NCBI RefSeq assembly: GCF_009914755.1
Contig: NC_060939.1
DNA from: the human T2T-CHM13v2.0 reference genome, Homo sapiens
Reading direction: 5' to 3' (one strand)
Length of the DNA stretch: 64,000 nt
Under the pieces are notes generated by a model. That model saw only the letters and a list, made by a program, of their open reading frames with translations. It did not search any database and was not told the DNA's origin. Below, in pieces: positions 43,624-59,492 of the stretch. Made by a program: the position numbers and the translations under genes. Position 1 is the first letter of the stretch; each line of letters starts with the position of its first letter.

Positions 43624-45124
43624 TAACTGGCATCAAAGGATTTAGGAGAGAGAAACCCAGTATCCAGACCCATTTCCGTCAGTGACACTCTCCTCGTATT
43701 GGGAGGATTGGCCAGAATCGTCTGATTCCTGTTTCTGATTTCCTTCCTCACTGGCATCAGAGTATTGCACTATAGGAAAACTAATATCTAACTGAGCTCC
43801 AAGTGCTAAATAACAGCATCTCATGTTCATTCCGGGTCACCAAGAGGTTCAGGGTGACCAAGTCACAAACTATAAATTTGAACATTTGATGATTTTTGCA
43901 GGAGACTGGGTGAACAAAGGAAAACCCGAGAGATACATAAAGGTGGAAACTAGGATTTCTCATTTGAATTATTTAACATGCCTCACTCTAATGGTTATAA
44001 ATATAAAGGAAATGCAAGTTCTTCAAGAAGGTGAAACGAAGTTACTGAATTTAAGTTTTTTTTTTTTTAAACCTACTTTAGAATAGGAAACATGCTTACT
44101 AATATTTACAAGGCACTACAAGGCACCAGCCAAAAAGCCTGATTTATTGGCAGGATATTCTTGTTGTTGTTGTTTCTATTGTCCATATAGGTAGGCAATT
44201 AATACTTTTTAGAAAGTTAAGTTGCCAACTCAACACTGCCTACTTTTGAATTTTTATTCTAGCAACAGCCGATAATTTATTGGAAATTCCTTATGTGCTG
44301 GGCACTACGCTAGACATTGGGAGTACGAAAATTAATATGGTAAAGATCCTGGCTTTAAAGAGTCTTTAACATTATTTCAGCAGTTTTATTACAGGTGTAT
44401 ATGTTGGAATTGACAGAACACTTAGCTCAAAGCAAGGGTTCAAGCATGACTTTGCAGAGTAGATTTCAGCTGAGCTTAAAGGATGTGAGAATAAGTATAC
44501 ACATTTTTTAAATTACCCAGAATGTAGTGCCTACAGAAGTGCTTGAGCCTCAGTTGCTTCTAAGAGTCCAACTTCAGAACTTGTATCTTCTAGATTGAGC
44601 TCATTGCTTAATTTCTAGCCAACATAGCCCATCTCTCTCAGCTGAATACTAAGCTCATCAACTTCTCCTTTGATCTAGGTCTTGATTAGAATGTTGAACA
44701 TGACAAGGCTGAAGGCAGAAACCATAGAAACTTCTATCCAGAGTTACACTCGTCTCTTAATAGCTGCCTACTGTTGCAATCAGAATAAACTCACTTCTTG
44801 CCCAATTATGACAGTTCATTCACCTTCTACTCAAGGGAGACTTTAAGAATTGTTGAAGTTGAACTTCTCAGGTTCTTATACTTAGTGACACTGTTCATGC
44901 AATGGCTCAGTATTTCTTGATTTCTCAGAACCAGCAAAAGTCACAAACTGAATCCTCAAATTGGAATTCGTAAGTGACTAACTTGTAGCATAACTTTATT
45001 ATACTAGGAAAGATGGGGCAAGGGACAGAAAAAATATCTGTAACATCTTATATGTTCAAATATAAGCGCTTTATGTATATTTAGTCATTCAAACTCCAAA
45101 TACACATTAAGAAGTAGTCATCAA

Positions 45125-45776
45125 TATTCCACTCTCTAATTCTACAATTTCTACCTTTTTAGATTCCACATATAAGTGAGATCATATGGTATTTGTCGCT
45201 CTGTGCCTGACTTATCTTACTTAACATAATGTCCTTAGGTTCATCCCTGTTTGAAAATGGCAGAATTGCCTGTTTTTTTTTTTAAGGCTAAATAGTATCC
45301 TATTTTGTATATTCAGCACATTTTAAAAAATCTGTTCATCAGCTGACGGACACTTAGGTTGATTCCTTATCTTGGCTCTTGTGAATAATGCTGCAATGAA
45401 CACAGGAGCTCAAACATCCCTTTGAAATACTGATTTAAATATCTTTGGGTATAAACCCGGAATTGGCTGTGGGGAGTTAGACAGGGAAAATGTCCACATT
45501 GCTCTACGGATACAAAGTTTCAGTTAGGAGGAATAATTCTGGTGTTCTATTGCACAGCACAGTGCCTATAGTTAATAGTAATGTATTATATATTTCAAAA
45601 TAGCTAAACAAAGAGAATTTTAATGTTCTTACCGCAACGAAATAATTGTTTCAGAAAATAAATATGCTAATTAGCCTGATTTGCTCATTCCACAGTGTAT
45701 ATACATGTATCAAAAAGTCACATTGTACCCCATAAATATACAAAATTATTTGTCAATTACAATAAAACTTTTTTTT
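45125..45776 (+). mobile_element. L1MA7/8-like 3' end with 5' inversion, inserted in a MIR
   Basis: Reverse segment 45125-~45465, forward segment ~45466-45770; degenerate TSD AAGAAGTAGTCATCAA (45109-45124) vs AAAAAGTAATTATCAA (45777-45792). Confidence 0.82.
45761..45766 (+). terminator. Polyadenylation signal AATAAA (L1-derived), probable 3' end of C15orf54
   Basis: AATAAA at the L1MA 3' end, ~2.1 kb downstream of the ORF stop. Confidence 0.55.
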
Positions 45777-46162
45777 AAAAAGTAATTATCAAGGTCTCCA
45801 TTTGACTGATAAAACTTAGATTAAATCTGAGCTAGAACTCAGCGAATATTGCACCAAATGTTCTTCCCATTATGCTCCTCCCTCTTCCTCGCTAAGATTG
45901 CGCCCCTTCTCCTCCCTAACTCGCCACAAGTTCCCATCACCCTTCACTAGTTTTCAAACCAAGGAAAACATCATTCAATGAATGATAATACTTGACCAAG
46001 AACTTTTAAAGAGTTTTGAGTTAAAGAAAATGTGACTTGGGTTAAAGTCACATTTTAAACTTGTGATTTGTGTTAAAGAAAATGAAACCCCTAAATGACT
46101 TTTCTTAAATAGGCATTCAAAAAAAATTGACCTTTTAATCACTTAATCCTCACATATCTATA

Positions 46163-46563
46163 TGCTATGGACTGAATTGTGCTCCCCAAAATTCATATTT
46201 GAAGCCCTAACCACTTCCCCACAATGTAACTGTATTTGGAGATAGGGCTTTTATTTAGAGATGGAACATTGAACCTAATTAAGGTTAAATGAGGTCATTG
46301 TCATTAGGGTGAGACCCTAATCCAATAGGACTCGTGGGTTTATTAAAAGAAGGGACTGATTCTCTCTCTCTCTCTGCCTCTCTCTGTCAGGTAAGGACAC
46401 AGTAAAAGGAAGTAATCTGGGAGCCAGTAAGAGGGCCCTCCCTAGAATCTGATCATGCTGGAATCCTGATGTTGGACTTCCAGCCTCCAGAACAATGAGA
46501 AATAGATTTATGTCATTTAAGCTACTCAGTATTTTGTTAAGGCAACTTCAGCAGACTAATACA
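46163..46563 (+). mobile_element. MLT1A/B MaLR solo LTR
   Basis: TGCTATGGACTGAATTGTG...CAGACTAATACA; perfect TSD CTATA. Confidence 0.9.
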
Positions 46564-47185
46564 CTATATAATCTATGGACCCCCTCCAGGAATGCCATTT
46601 GGACCATTTTACAAGAAGAGTATGTGAGATTCAAAGGGGTCATTAGGACATACGATGAGGAAAGTTGGTTATTCCAGGGTTTTACTTACTAAATTCCAGT
46701 ACATAATTCGAACCACTGTGGTACACAGTACATTTTCCCACAGGAATGCCATAGCCTGCTATTCCAACAGGATCAGGGAATCAAAAGTGAGCAAATTCAG
46801 GCGGTGCAACTGTACTATATTGGACAGATGGACAGATGGGCATGACTCTGCGGTTAGCGGGAGGAGCACCATCTGTTGCGGACACACAAGTGCTTCTTGC
46901 TCTCCTTGGGAAAACTCACAGATGTTTCCATAACAGGTGTGTTTGCTTCCCCCATGTAGCTTTCCCAGACACGTCACACACAGCACTTTCACTGAGTTAC
47001 CCTTTCTACTCAGGCAAAGGAAGTAGAGAAATGAGACCTCTGCCTTGATAATTTAGAGAGAAAAAAGATGCGACTTGGTTGCTTCTGAGGTGCCTGAATG
47101 TACTTTTGGCAGAGAGTGGGGAAATAGAAAAAATACCAAATACTGAAGAAAGCATATTTCTTAAACCGTGAATAATTGTTGAATT

Positions 47186-47345
47186 CTTTATTTTTATAAG
47201 TTCCAAGGGACATGTGCAGGATGTGCAAGTTTGTTACACGGGTAAACGTGTGCCACGGTGCTTCGCATCTATCAACCTCTCACCTAGGTATCAAGCCCTG
47301 CATGCATTAGCTATTTATCCCAATGCTGTCCCTCTTTCCCTCCTC
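47186..47345 (-). mobile_element. Short L1PA10-13-like 3' end
   Basis: GGACATGTGCAGGATGTGCAAGTTTGTTACACGGGTAAACGTG...GCATGCATTAGCTATTTATCC. Confidence 0.8.
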
Positions 47346-48234
47346 TGTGTGTGGTTCTTGAGTAATAGAATCAGGACAGGATAATGTGCATTATGCTTCC
47401 TGAACAATCGATTAGTAGGCTGAGGCTTGAAAGGTAAGGCAATATGATGCCAATGAGCTTATTATTATATTCAATAAGTTGAGTTATTGAGCATTTAATT
47501 ATTAAAAATGAATTATTAAACACACAATGAACTCAAATGTAACTACTAAATTCACAATCTTAGATTGTCTTTAACCTATTGTCCCCACGCATTCTACCAA
47601 AAATTTTTAGTATCTAACTTTTTCATGAATCCAGTGAAAAATACTGACAAAATTGAACTTTAAGGCATACCATTTTTTTCTGGTATATAACTGATCTGTG
47701 GTTAATGAGAAAATTTGGAGATGTCTGTCTTTCAATCGTCGTGTATAAGAATATAATCTTCCACAAACCCTGAATTTAAAATACTCTGCGTGTCCAGAAC
47801 TCTTTTCTAGAGAGTAGCATAGAATGGTGGAAAGTCATACGTAACCCTAAAAGGAAAACCTCCATGTAATTACCTCTAAGTATAAAATTGCATAAAAAGA
47901 GAACCAGTCTACCAAGTGTAATTAAAAGCAGTTCAAATTTTAATTATTTTTCACAAGTAATGACAAACACAGAGATATATACCCTTACTGCAAAAAAAAA
48001 AAAAGGTGCCTTGAGGTTATATTTCCAATTATTGCACTGGTATTCCACCTATGAATTTATCTATTACTCTATCATGTGACCCCAAAATCTCACCTTCCAC
48101 AGATGTAGCAATTTTTCATTTTTAAAATAATTTATAATAATGTTCTAAGATGAGGATTATCTGTGTAATTGTGTAATCATCTATCTAGCTGCCCAGAGAA
48201 TTTTCTGTTCAAGAACATGCACCTCCTTTCCTAA

Positions 48235-50803
<2,569 letters not shown>

Positions 50804-51079
50804 AAGATCTCTCCTCTACATAGAATGAGTTGACATTTCCTCTTTACAAACTTGCTAAAAGTAGCACCCCAGGCACTTGTCACTTAAATGAGATAGGTAT
50901 TTAACCAAGACGATAAAATATTAAAACTGAAAAATTGTATGTGTCAGCCACATATAAGATCCTGGGGGCAACTCACAGACTATTGGGTCCCCTCAGGATC
51001 TATGGCTCCTAACCTGGTGGGCCCTACTAGTTTCTGGAAGGTGGAGGAGAGCTGTCCTTAGAATTCTGGAGAACTTATC

Positions 51080-51272
51080 ACTATCTACACCTACCTTGTT
51101 TATCTGTTTGTTCATATGTATATTGCCTGCCTCATCCACCACTAGATTGTAAACTTGAAAGTAGGGACATGTTGTCTTTTCAGCCTTGTAGTTATAGCTC
51201 CCAGAACAGTGATTGGAAAAGAGTAGATATTATAAAAGTGTTCTGAATAATTAAATGAATGAATAAATGAAT
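51080..51272 (+). mobile_element. L2 3' end
   Basis: ACTAGATTGTAAACTTGAAAGTAGGGAC...AATGAATGAATAAATGAA. Confidence 0.65.
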
Positions 51273-51734
51273 CCATGCTGCTTAAAATATACCCTTCCCC
51301 TTTGTTCCACCTTCCTGTGTGGACAGGTGCAGGGATCCCTCCAATGACAAACAACTGAGCAAAGAGTTATGGAATCAGACATCAAAAACAAACATAAAAG
51401 AATGACATATCTTCCAAGGAACAGGATTCTTGAGAAACATGTCTCTCCTATCCAAAGGGTGCAATTAGGAAATTTCCATGATTATGAAAAGAAATTTACT
51501 GGCCATTCTTTAAACTCAAAATGGCTAATGCCTGGTGTGTGCATGTGTGCGTGCCTGTGTGTGTGTGTGTTTATGGGAAGCAGTTGGGGAAAAGCATTTA
51601 AATTGGCTCTTAGAGATGCTTTTTGTGACAAGAATGTAAGATAATTATAAACCAAATTTTTCCCCATAATAAATGAGTTATAGTCAATAGTAGACAAGCA
51701 AATACCTATTGACTAGGAATTATATGCTGAATAA

Positions 51735-51927
51735 TGTATTCAGCTGCTAAGGCTATTGTTATAAAATATCACACACTGGGTAGCTTAAACAACTTAAATT
51801 TATTTTTTCACAGTTCTGGATGCTAGAAGTCCAAGATCAAGGTACTGGAAAATTTGGTGTCTATATTGAGGCTGACAGACACCTGCCTCCTCTCTGTGTC
51901 CTCACATGAACTTTTCTCTTTGTATGC

Positions 51928-51992
<65 letters not shown>

Positions 51993-52204
51993 GAGAGAAG
52001 AAGGGGGAGGGGAGAGAGAGAGAGACAGTTTACTGGTGCCCCTTCCTCTTCTTATAAAGACATCATTCCTATCATATTAAGCCCTACTCTTATAACCTCA
52101 TTTAACCTTAATCACCTTCTTAAAGCTGCTGTCTGTATATACAGTCACAATGGGGGTTAGGGTCCCAAATATGAATGGGAGAGGGCACAATCCAGTTCAC
52201 AATA
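51735..52204 (-). mobile_element. MLT1A/B-like MaLR LTR with expanded (GA)n
   Basis: TCACAGTTCTGGATGCTAGAAGTCCAAGATCAAGG...CCTCATTTAACCTTAATCACC. Confidence 0.82.
51934..52026. repeat. (GA)~27 microsatellite plus polypurine tract
   Basis: Pure AG run 51934-51987; purines continue to 52026. Confidence 0.93.
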
Positions 52205-52726
52205 GATGATAAAGGAGAGAATATAAATGAGACACTGATTTTCTCAAAAATGTTTCAATCTAGAGGTGGGTTGGGGAGTGGAAACCAATGCTGCCCTTGC
52301 AGAACTTTAACACCTGACCTGATAGGAGTTCCAAGAGAGATGTGAAAAACAATTGCCCTGAGACTGCCAAAGGAAAAGCTAATGAATTTGATTTAAAATT
52401 ATTGAGAAAGGCTATGTAAAGGAAATATTAGAAAATCCCACAAATATGAGACTCCATAATAGCTTTCTTCTGAGGCAGATTTCAAAAATAGCAATCTGGA
52501 AGAATTTAACAATAGGGGAATGGAATGAAACCTCTGAAAGAAAACAAGATAAGATCTATGAAAAACAAAGCTTTAAAATACTAGAAAAAAATCCCTCTTT
52601 GAGAGAACTCAATAATTGGATATATGTGAAGGTAGCTGCTTTCTGATTTATTATAAATGTCTGGTTCACAGACCGCAGCAGCAAGGTCTTATCCACAAAG
52701 AAATAAGTCTAAACAAAAATTGACAG

Positions 52727-54859
52727 TATGTATCTCAAAATAATAAGAGCTATTTACGACAAACCCACAGCGAATATCACACTGAATGGGCAAAAACTGG
52801 AAGCATTCCCATGGAAAACCAGCACAAGACAAGGATACCCTCTCTCACCACTCTTATTCAACAGAGTGTTGGAAGTTCTGGCCAGGATAATCAGGCAAGA
52901 GAAAGAAATAAAGGGTATTCAGTTAGGAAAAGAGGAAGTCAAATTGTGCCTGTTTGCAAATGACATGATTATACATTTGGAAAACCCCATCGTCTCAGTC
53001 CAAAATCTCCTTAAGCTGATAAGCAACTTCAGCAAAGTCTCAGGATACAAAATCAATGTGCAAAAATCACAAGCATTCTTATACACCAATAACAGACAGA
53101 GAGCCAAATCATGAGTGAACTCCCACTCACAACTGCTACAAAGAGAATAAAATACCTAGGAATCCAAGTTACAAGGGATGTGAAGGACATCTTCAAGGAG
53201 AACTACAAACCACTGCTCAACGAAATAAAAGAGGACACAAACAAATGGAAGAACATTCCATGCTCTTGGATAGAAAGAATCAATGTTGTGAAAATGGCCA
53301 TACTGCCCAAGGTAATTCATAGATTCAGTGCCATCCCCATCAAGCTAGCAATGACTTTCTTCACAGAATTGGAAAAAACTACTTTAAAGTTCATATGGAA
53401 CCAATAAACAGCCTGCATTGCCAAGACAATCCTAAGCAAAAATAACAAAGCTGGAGGCTTCATGTTACCTGACTTCAAACTATACTACAAGGATACAGTA
53501 ACCAAAACAAACAGCATGGTACTGGTACCAAAACAGATATATAGACCAATGGAACAGAACAGAGGCCTCAGAAATAACACCACACAACTACAACCATGTG
53601 ATCTTTGACAAACCTCCCAAAAACAAGCAATAGGGAAAGGATTCCCTATTTAATAAATGATGCTGGGAAAACTGGCTAGCCATATGTAGAAAGCTGAAAC
53701 TGCATCCCTTCCTTATACCTTATACAAAAATTAATTCAAGATGGATTAAAGACTTAAATGTTAGACCTAAAACCATAAAAACCTTAGAAGACAACCTAGG
53801 CAATACCATTCAGGACATAGGCATGGGCAAGGACTTCATGTCTAAAACACCAAAAGCAATGCAACAAAAGCCAAAATTGACAAATGGGATCTAATTAAAC
53901 TAAAGACCTTCTGCACGGCAAAAGAAACTATCATCAGAATGAACAGGCAACCTACAGAATGGGAGAACATTTTTGCAAACTACCCATCTGACAAAGGGCT
54001 AATATCCAGAATCTACAAAGAACTTAAACAGATTTACAACCCCATCAAAAAGTGGGCAAAGGATATGACAGACATTTCTCAAAAGAAGACATTTATGCAG
54101 CCAACAGACACATGAAAAAATGCTCATCATCACTGTCATCAGAGAAATGCAAATCAAAACCACAATGAGATACCATCTCGTGCCAGTTAGAATGGCGATC
54201 ATTAGTCAGGAAACCACAGATGCTGGAGAGGATGTGGAGAAATAGGAACGCTTTTACACTGTTGGTGGGAGTGTAAATCAGTTCAACCATTGTGGAAGAC
54301 AGTGTGGTGATTTCTCAAGGATCCAGAACTAGAAATACCATTTGACCCAGCCATCCCATTACTGGGTATATACCTAAAGGATTTTAAATCATGCTGCTAT
54401 AAAGACACATGCACACGTATGTTTACTGCAGCAGTATTCACAATAGCAAAGAAATGGAACCAACCCAAATACCCATCAATGACAGAATGGATTAAGAAAA
54501 TGTGGCACATATACACCATGGAATACTATGCAGCCATAAAAAAGGATGAGTTGGTGTCCTTTGCAGGGACATAGATGAAGCTGGAAACCATCATTCTTGG
54601 CAAACTATCACAAGGACAGAAAACCACACACCTCATGTTCTCACTCATTGGTGGGAATTTAAAAAATGAGAACACTTGGACACAGGGCGGGGAACATCAC
54701 ACACTGGGACCTGTCGGGAGTTGGGGGACTTGGGGAGGGATAGCATCAGGACAAATACCTAATGTAAATGACAAGTTGATGGGTGCAGCAAACCAACATG
54801 GCACATGTATACCTATGTAACAAACCTGAACGTTGTGCACATGTACCCTAGAATTTAAG

Positions 54860-54862
<3 letters not shown>
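52727..54862 (+). mobile_element. 5'-truncated L1PA6/7-like LINE
   Basis: ORF2 pieces at 52728, 53111 and 54575; primate 3' UTR; candidate TSD AATTGACA at 52718-52725 and 54999-55006. Confidence 0.95.
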
Positions 54863-54893
<31 letters not shown>

Positions 54894-54998
54894 TATACAT
54901 ATATACACACACACACATACACACACATGTGTGTGTATATATATACATATGTGTGTGTGTATATATACATATATGTATGTGTATATATATACATACAT
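54860..54998. repeat. Compound (TA)n/(CA)n/(TG)n microsatellite in the position of the L1 polyA tail
   Basis: Lies between the L1 end (TAAGTATA) and the TSD. Confidence 0.9.
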
Positions 54999-56878
54999 AA
55001 TTGACAAAATATCTACATATCTATGTCTATACTCACATATTTACCAACGTGCAAGCATTTTAGAAGTCCCTTGATTCTAATTTATTAATCTGAGCAAGTG
55101 GACATTTTTTAATAGGTGAATAACTTCTACTGATAAAACCACATTCATCTATGATTAAAGAACAAAAAGCCCCTTTTCCTAGTTTATGTTTTCTTATGTA
55201 GAGGGATATAAACTCCTGTTAATAATGTGCTGCTACAGAGAGCCTTCTTTCTAGGATATCTAAGACCTGGGATTTCTCTAATCATGGGTGTTCCTACCTA
55301 GGCTTGACCTGCATTTAGGGAAACAAACTGGCAGTTTTATGTTAACAAATATAATGTCAATCTGTCTGTCTTCAAATATATTTTTAGCTAATCAGCAGGA
55401 CTTCCGCAGGACATATCACTTTCAAAAGAATGGCCTGCATCTGATTCCAATTTGAAATCTTGTATTTTCCTGTGAAATCACTCCAGCAGTATCCTTCAAA
55501 GCCCATTTCCTACCATGTTGCCATTCCCTGTTTGCCTGTGACCCCTCTACTAGACTGCAACCTCTTCGATGACAGCCCTTGCCTTGTCCACTGCCATATC
55601 CCTGGCACCTCGCATAGGCAGTCTCCCCTTGAAGGTTTTCAGCCTAGGTCATGAGTGTTCCTAACAGCCATTTTCCAAAGTTATTCATGCTTTTGTCTGG
55701 AAAACTTTCCAGTCTAGCACCTGGACTGGAAACCTTCACATAAAAAGTATGTTCTTATGCAAAAAAAAAGCAAGTTGATTATAATATTTTAAATTGAATG
55801 CATCTGTTAACTAAATGGTAACAATAGACAAATAGACAACTGAATGCATCTCTTATAATTTGGTATGGCTTAGCAACTAAAGCTTCTGCCAATGAAACGT
55901 ACGCATAACAGTGAATGCAACTTCCAAGAAGTTCCTTAAAAAGAGGAGTTGCTTTACCAACCCACCTGCCTCCTTCCAGCTAGCTGGAATGTGGATCTGA
56001 TGGCTGGAGTTCCTGTAGCCATTTTGGATGATGAAGTTCTTTGAGTAAGAAAGCCATGTCCAGTGAAACAACAAGACAGAAGAACCCTGGATCCCTGATG
56101 CAAAGAATCACTGACTACCTTTCCCACCTCCAATTCAGACTCCTTTCATGTGAGAAAAGAACTGCTCTCTTGTGTAAATGGCATTATTTTGCTTTATTTT
56201 GACAATCATGGCCAAATCTAATCCGTAATCTTAGCGTCTGAGAGAGCAGTTTATCAGTCCAGCATCTCTCAGGAGATATTAGATAATTTATAATGGTTTC
56301 ATAAGGGCCTTTGGGGAGGAATTTATTTTAGTGCTATGCAAAATGTCATTCATGGACCAGTGACAATCCACAAGCTATTTGTTGTGGGTCTGTGACAAGA
56401 TAATTATGAAATTTGACAGTAAGCGTTTAGATGCTTTTATAGCAATTTCACACTTATCGCTGAAACAGCGTGAGTTGTCACCCTTTCCTAGTGAGTCACA
56501 TGTAATGCAAGCTGCCTACTAGTCATGTACAATAGGATTGCATGAAGTGTGACTTTTAAGGATACTTTTGTCAGCTGTTACCCAAAAGTGTTTAAAAATC
56601 AGAAAAAGTATAAATGTATATGAGATATGTAACTTTTTGCTTACACTAATTTTAATTTTAATCAAGTCTGTCTGAAATCTACTTTTATTGTCATTAGCTA
56701 TATTAGAGAACTGAAATTCATATTATTAATGGTAATCCCAACTTACAGATAGAAAACAAGCTTCACTAAACTATTTTGTTAAGAAAAGACCGGCCTATAC
56801 TGATTGTTCTTGTTAATTAAACGATAACAATAGACAAGATTCTAAAAAAATGGAAACTATGAAGCTGTACTAGTTTTA

Positions 56879-57093
56879 CTTAGGTACTAAAAGCCCCACA
56901 AAGAACTCACTCTAGGCTGAATCCCTTCAAGCTATAAGGGTGTCCAGTCAATCCCAGCATAGCGTAGCAATGTTATCATTATCTAGTGGTGCTTCCATTT
57001 AAAGAAATGTTTCATTCACTGGAGGGATGGGGAGGTCTGGGGTGGTGGGTGGGGGTATGATTTGCATTCATTGTGGGGCTCTTAGTACCTAAG
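56879..57093 (+). repeat. Local duplication copy 1 (56900-57092) with 23-bp inverted ends
   Basis: ~92% identical to 61260-61453; 56879-56901 is the reverse complement of 57071-57093 at 22/23. Confidence 0.92.
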
Positions 57094-58304
57094 AAGTATG
57101 ATCTTTCATGCACTGAATGCAGTTTTGTAGCCATATTTGGTACTTACGTGCTAAAATAACAGTGTGTTATTTGAAGAGATGCATTTACTAATGAATCAAT
57201 GAAAACATTAAAACCTAAGGCATGTTGACCTCCAAATTATAAAAGTAATTCAAAACCAAAAGAATCATTTAGAAAATAAAGAGTATTGCATTAAAACGCC
57301 ACCAGAAACAAATGTGCTTAGTGGGCTTCCTACAAAAGAACACTTTGAATTGCTAAATCTAAAGACCCACATACATTTGTTGAAATATTAATAAAGGACT
57401 GAATCAAAGATGCTGGATTGGAAACACTAAAAGAATCTCACGAGGCAAGGTAGCACAACTGCCATTTTCCAGTGACACCATAGCACAATGTTATGCAGGC
57501 CAATAATAACAAGCAAATAGTTTTTAAAAATACAGCTAACAATGTAATTTTCATGGCAACTAGACAGGTGCATAAGTATTGCTAAAATGTCAATCCCTTT
57601 AACATATGTGCAAACTGAACATGACAGTAACATAAAGAATTTGTTTTCTAAGTTTCATTTCCAACAACACAACCAGGTCTAAATTACATAGAACCATGAT
57701 GGAATAATCAACGAATGTGACCTAGAGTTTAAATTTTGGGATTATGTTCAGATGGCATAGCTACAATAGCAGAAAAGCATTCTGGAATTGCTACACCACA
57801 ATATAAATCAATGAATTGCTTCCTTATCAAGAAAGTCTTGTTACAAAACAAAAATGTTAGCAGGACTAAAAGGTGTATTTAGTGCAATTGTAAATTACCT
57901 ACAAGCTAATGCACTAAATTTGATATTACTCTTTTTATTTGTAATGATATGGAAGCTGCTTATACACAACTACTGGGATATGAGTTATCAAGGAGAAAGG
58001 TTTTATCAGTAATATATGAACTATTCAACAACCCTATTGTGTTCCAGACAAGATAAGAAACAAGCCCCAACATTCCAAAGATATGAATTAGACAGTCTGT
58101 CATGCTTATTTCTTTGGTAACGTTGATCTTTTTTAAAGATCTTAATACTTCCATGCAAATAAAGAATGTGACATGTTTTCAATGGCAGATAAGATTAAAG
58201 TGCGAAAAGCTAGAAGCCTGGACAAACAGAGTTTCTAAAGAGTGCTGAAAGTCCCGTAAGTTAATAATAAATAATAATGAAGTAGGTGATGATCTTGAAA
58301 TTAT

Positions 58305-58547
58305 ATACCTGCCAGGATATTTCCCTATACCTTAGAAATTTTGTAAACAGTTTTAAATTTAACTTTCCATTATAAGAATATTTTACATCTGCCAGGATAT
58401 TGCCCTATATCTTAGAAATTCTGTAGAAAGTTTTAAATGCAACTTTCCATCATAAGAATATTTTACATCTGCCAGGATATTGCCCTATACCTTAGAAATT
58501 TTGTAGAAAGTTTTAAATTTAACTTTTCATCATAAGAATATTTTACA
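58305..58547. repeat. Tandem repeat, 3 x 80 bp, within the transposase fossil
   Basis: Units begin at 58305, 58385 and 58465 (CTGCCAGGATATT.CCCTATA.CTTAGAAATT...ATAAGAATATTTT). Confidence 0.95.
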
Positions 58548-58897
58548 AATAGGAAATTCATAAATCCAAAATCCCTTTCTTTCATTAAAAGTAAAGTTAA
58601 TTTTAACTTTAAAGGATAAATTGTTCAAATATGCTACTGGTGAAGGATCAAAGGTGAGTTTTGCAAATACTGAATCACTTGCTTCATTTCTACAAAAAGT
58701 TAAAAATGAATATCCTGAGTTTACTGAAGTTACTTTGGTATTTATTCTCTTTCATATCAAGGTAACTCTGTGAGACTGTACTCAAGCTACTCTAAATGTT
58801 ACTGAACGAAACAGAAACAGGAAATGAGTGGTGTCATTGCCACTCCAGCTATGCTACAACAACCGACAAGCGAGAAGCATGCTTATACATTGCATTG

Positions 58898-59492
58898 GTT
58901 CAACCATTGTGGTAGACAGTGTGGCGATTCCTCGAAGATCTAGAACTAGAAATACCATTTGACCCAACCATCCCATTACTGGGTATATACCCAAAGGATT
59001 ATAAATCATACTGCTATAAAGACACATGCACACGTATGTTTATTGCGCCACTATTCACAATAGCAAAGACTTGGAACCAACCCAAATGTCCATCAGTGAT
59101 AGACTGGATTAAGAAAATGTGGCACATATACACCATGGAATACTATGCAGTCATAAAAAATGATGAGTTCACGTGCTTTGTAGGGACATGGATGAAGCTG
59201 GAAACCATCATTCTCAGCAAACTATCGCAAGGACAAAAAACCAAACGCCGCATGTTCTCACTCATAGGTGGGAAATGAACAACGAGAACACCTGGACACA
59301 GGAAGGGGAACATGACACACCGGGGCCTGTCACTGGGTGAGGGGAAGGGGGAGGGATAGCATTAGGAGATATACCTAATGCCAATGACGAGTTAATGGGT
59401 ACAGCACACCAACATGGCACATGTATACATAGGTAACAAACCTGCACATTGTGCACATGTACCCTAGAACTTAAAGTATAATTTTAAAAAAA
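58898..59492 (+). mobile_element. L1PA5-like 3' fragment inserted in the Charlie element
   Basis: ORF2 C-terminus 58919-59278 plus 3' UTR and A-tail. Confidence 0.93.

Larger units (their letters stand above)
41620..45785 (+). ncRNA. LINC02915: C15orf54/LINC02915 two-exon transcript model: exon 1 ~41620-41799, intron 41800-42883, exon 2 42884-~45785
   Basis: Donor AAG|GTAATC at 41799/41800; acceptor TGTTCCTTCGCAG| ending 42883; AATAAA 45761-45766. TSS is approximate and taken from recalled gene geometry. Confidence 0.65.

Noticed and set aside
56879-57093. New MITE family with 23-bp TIRs
   Set aside because: The second copy lacks the left TIR and no TSD is visible; local templated duplication is more parsimonious
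58305-58547. 80-bp periodic repeats as a CRISPR-like array
   Set aside because: No unique spacers and no cas genes; a simple tandem triplication in human DNA
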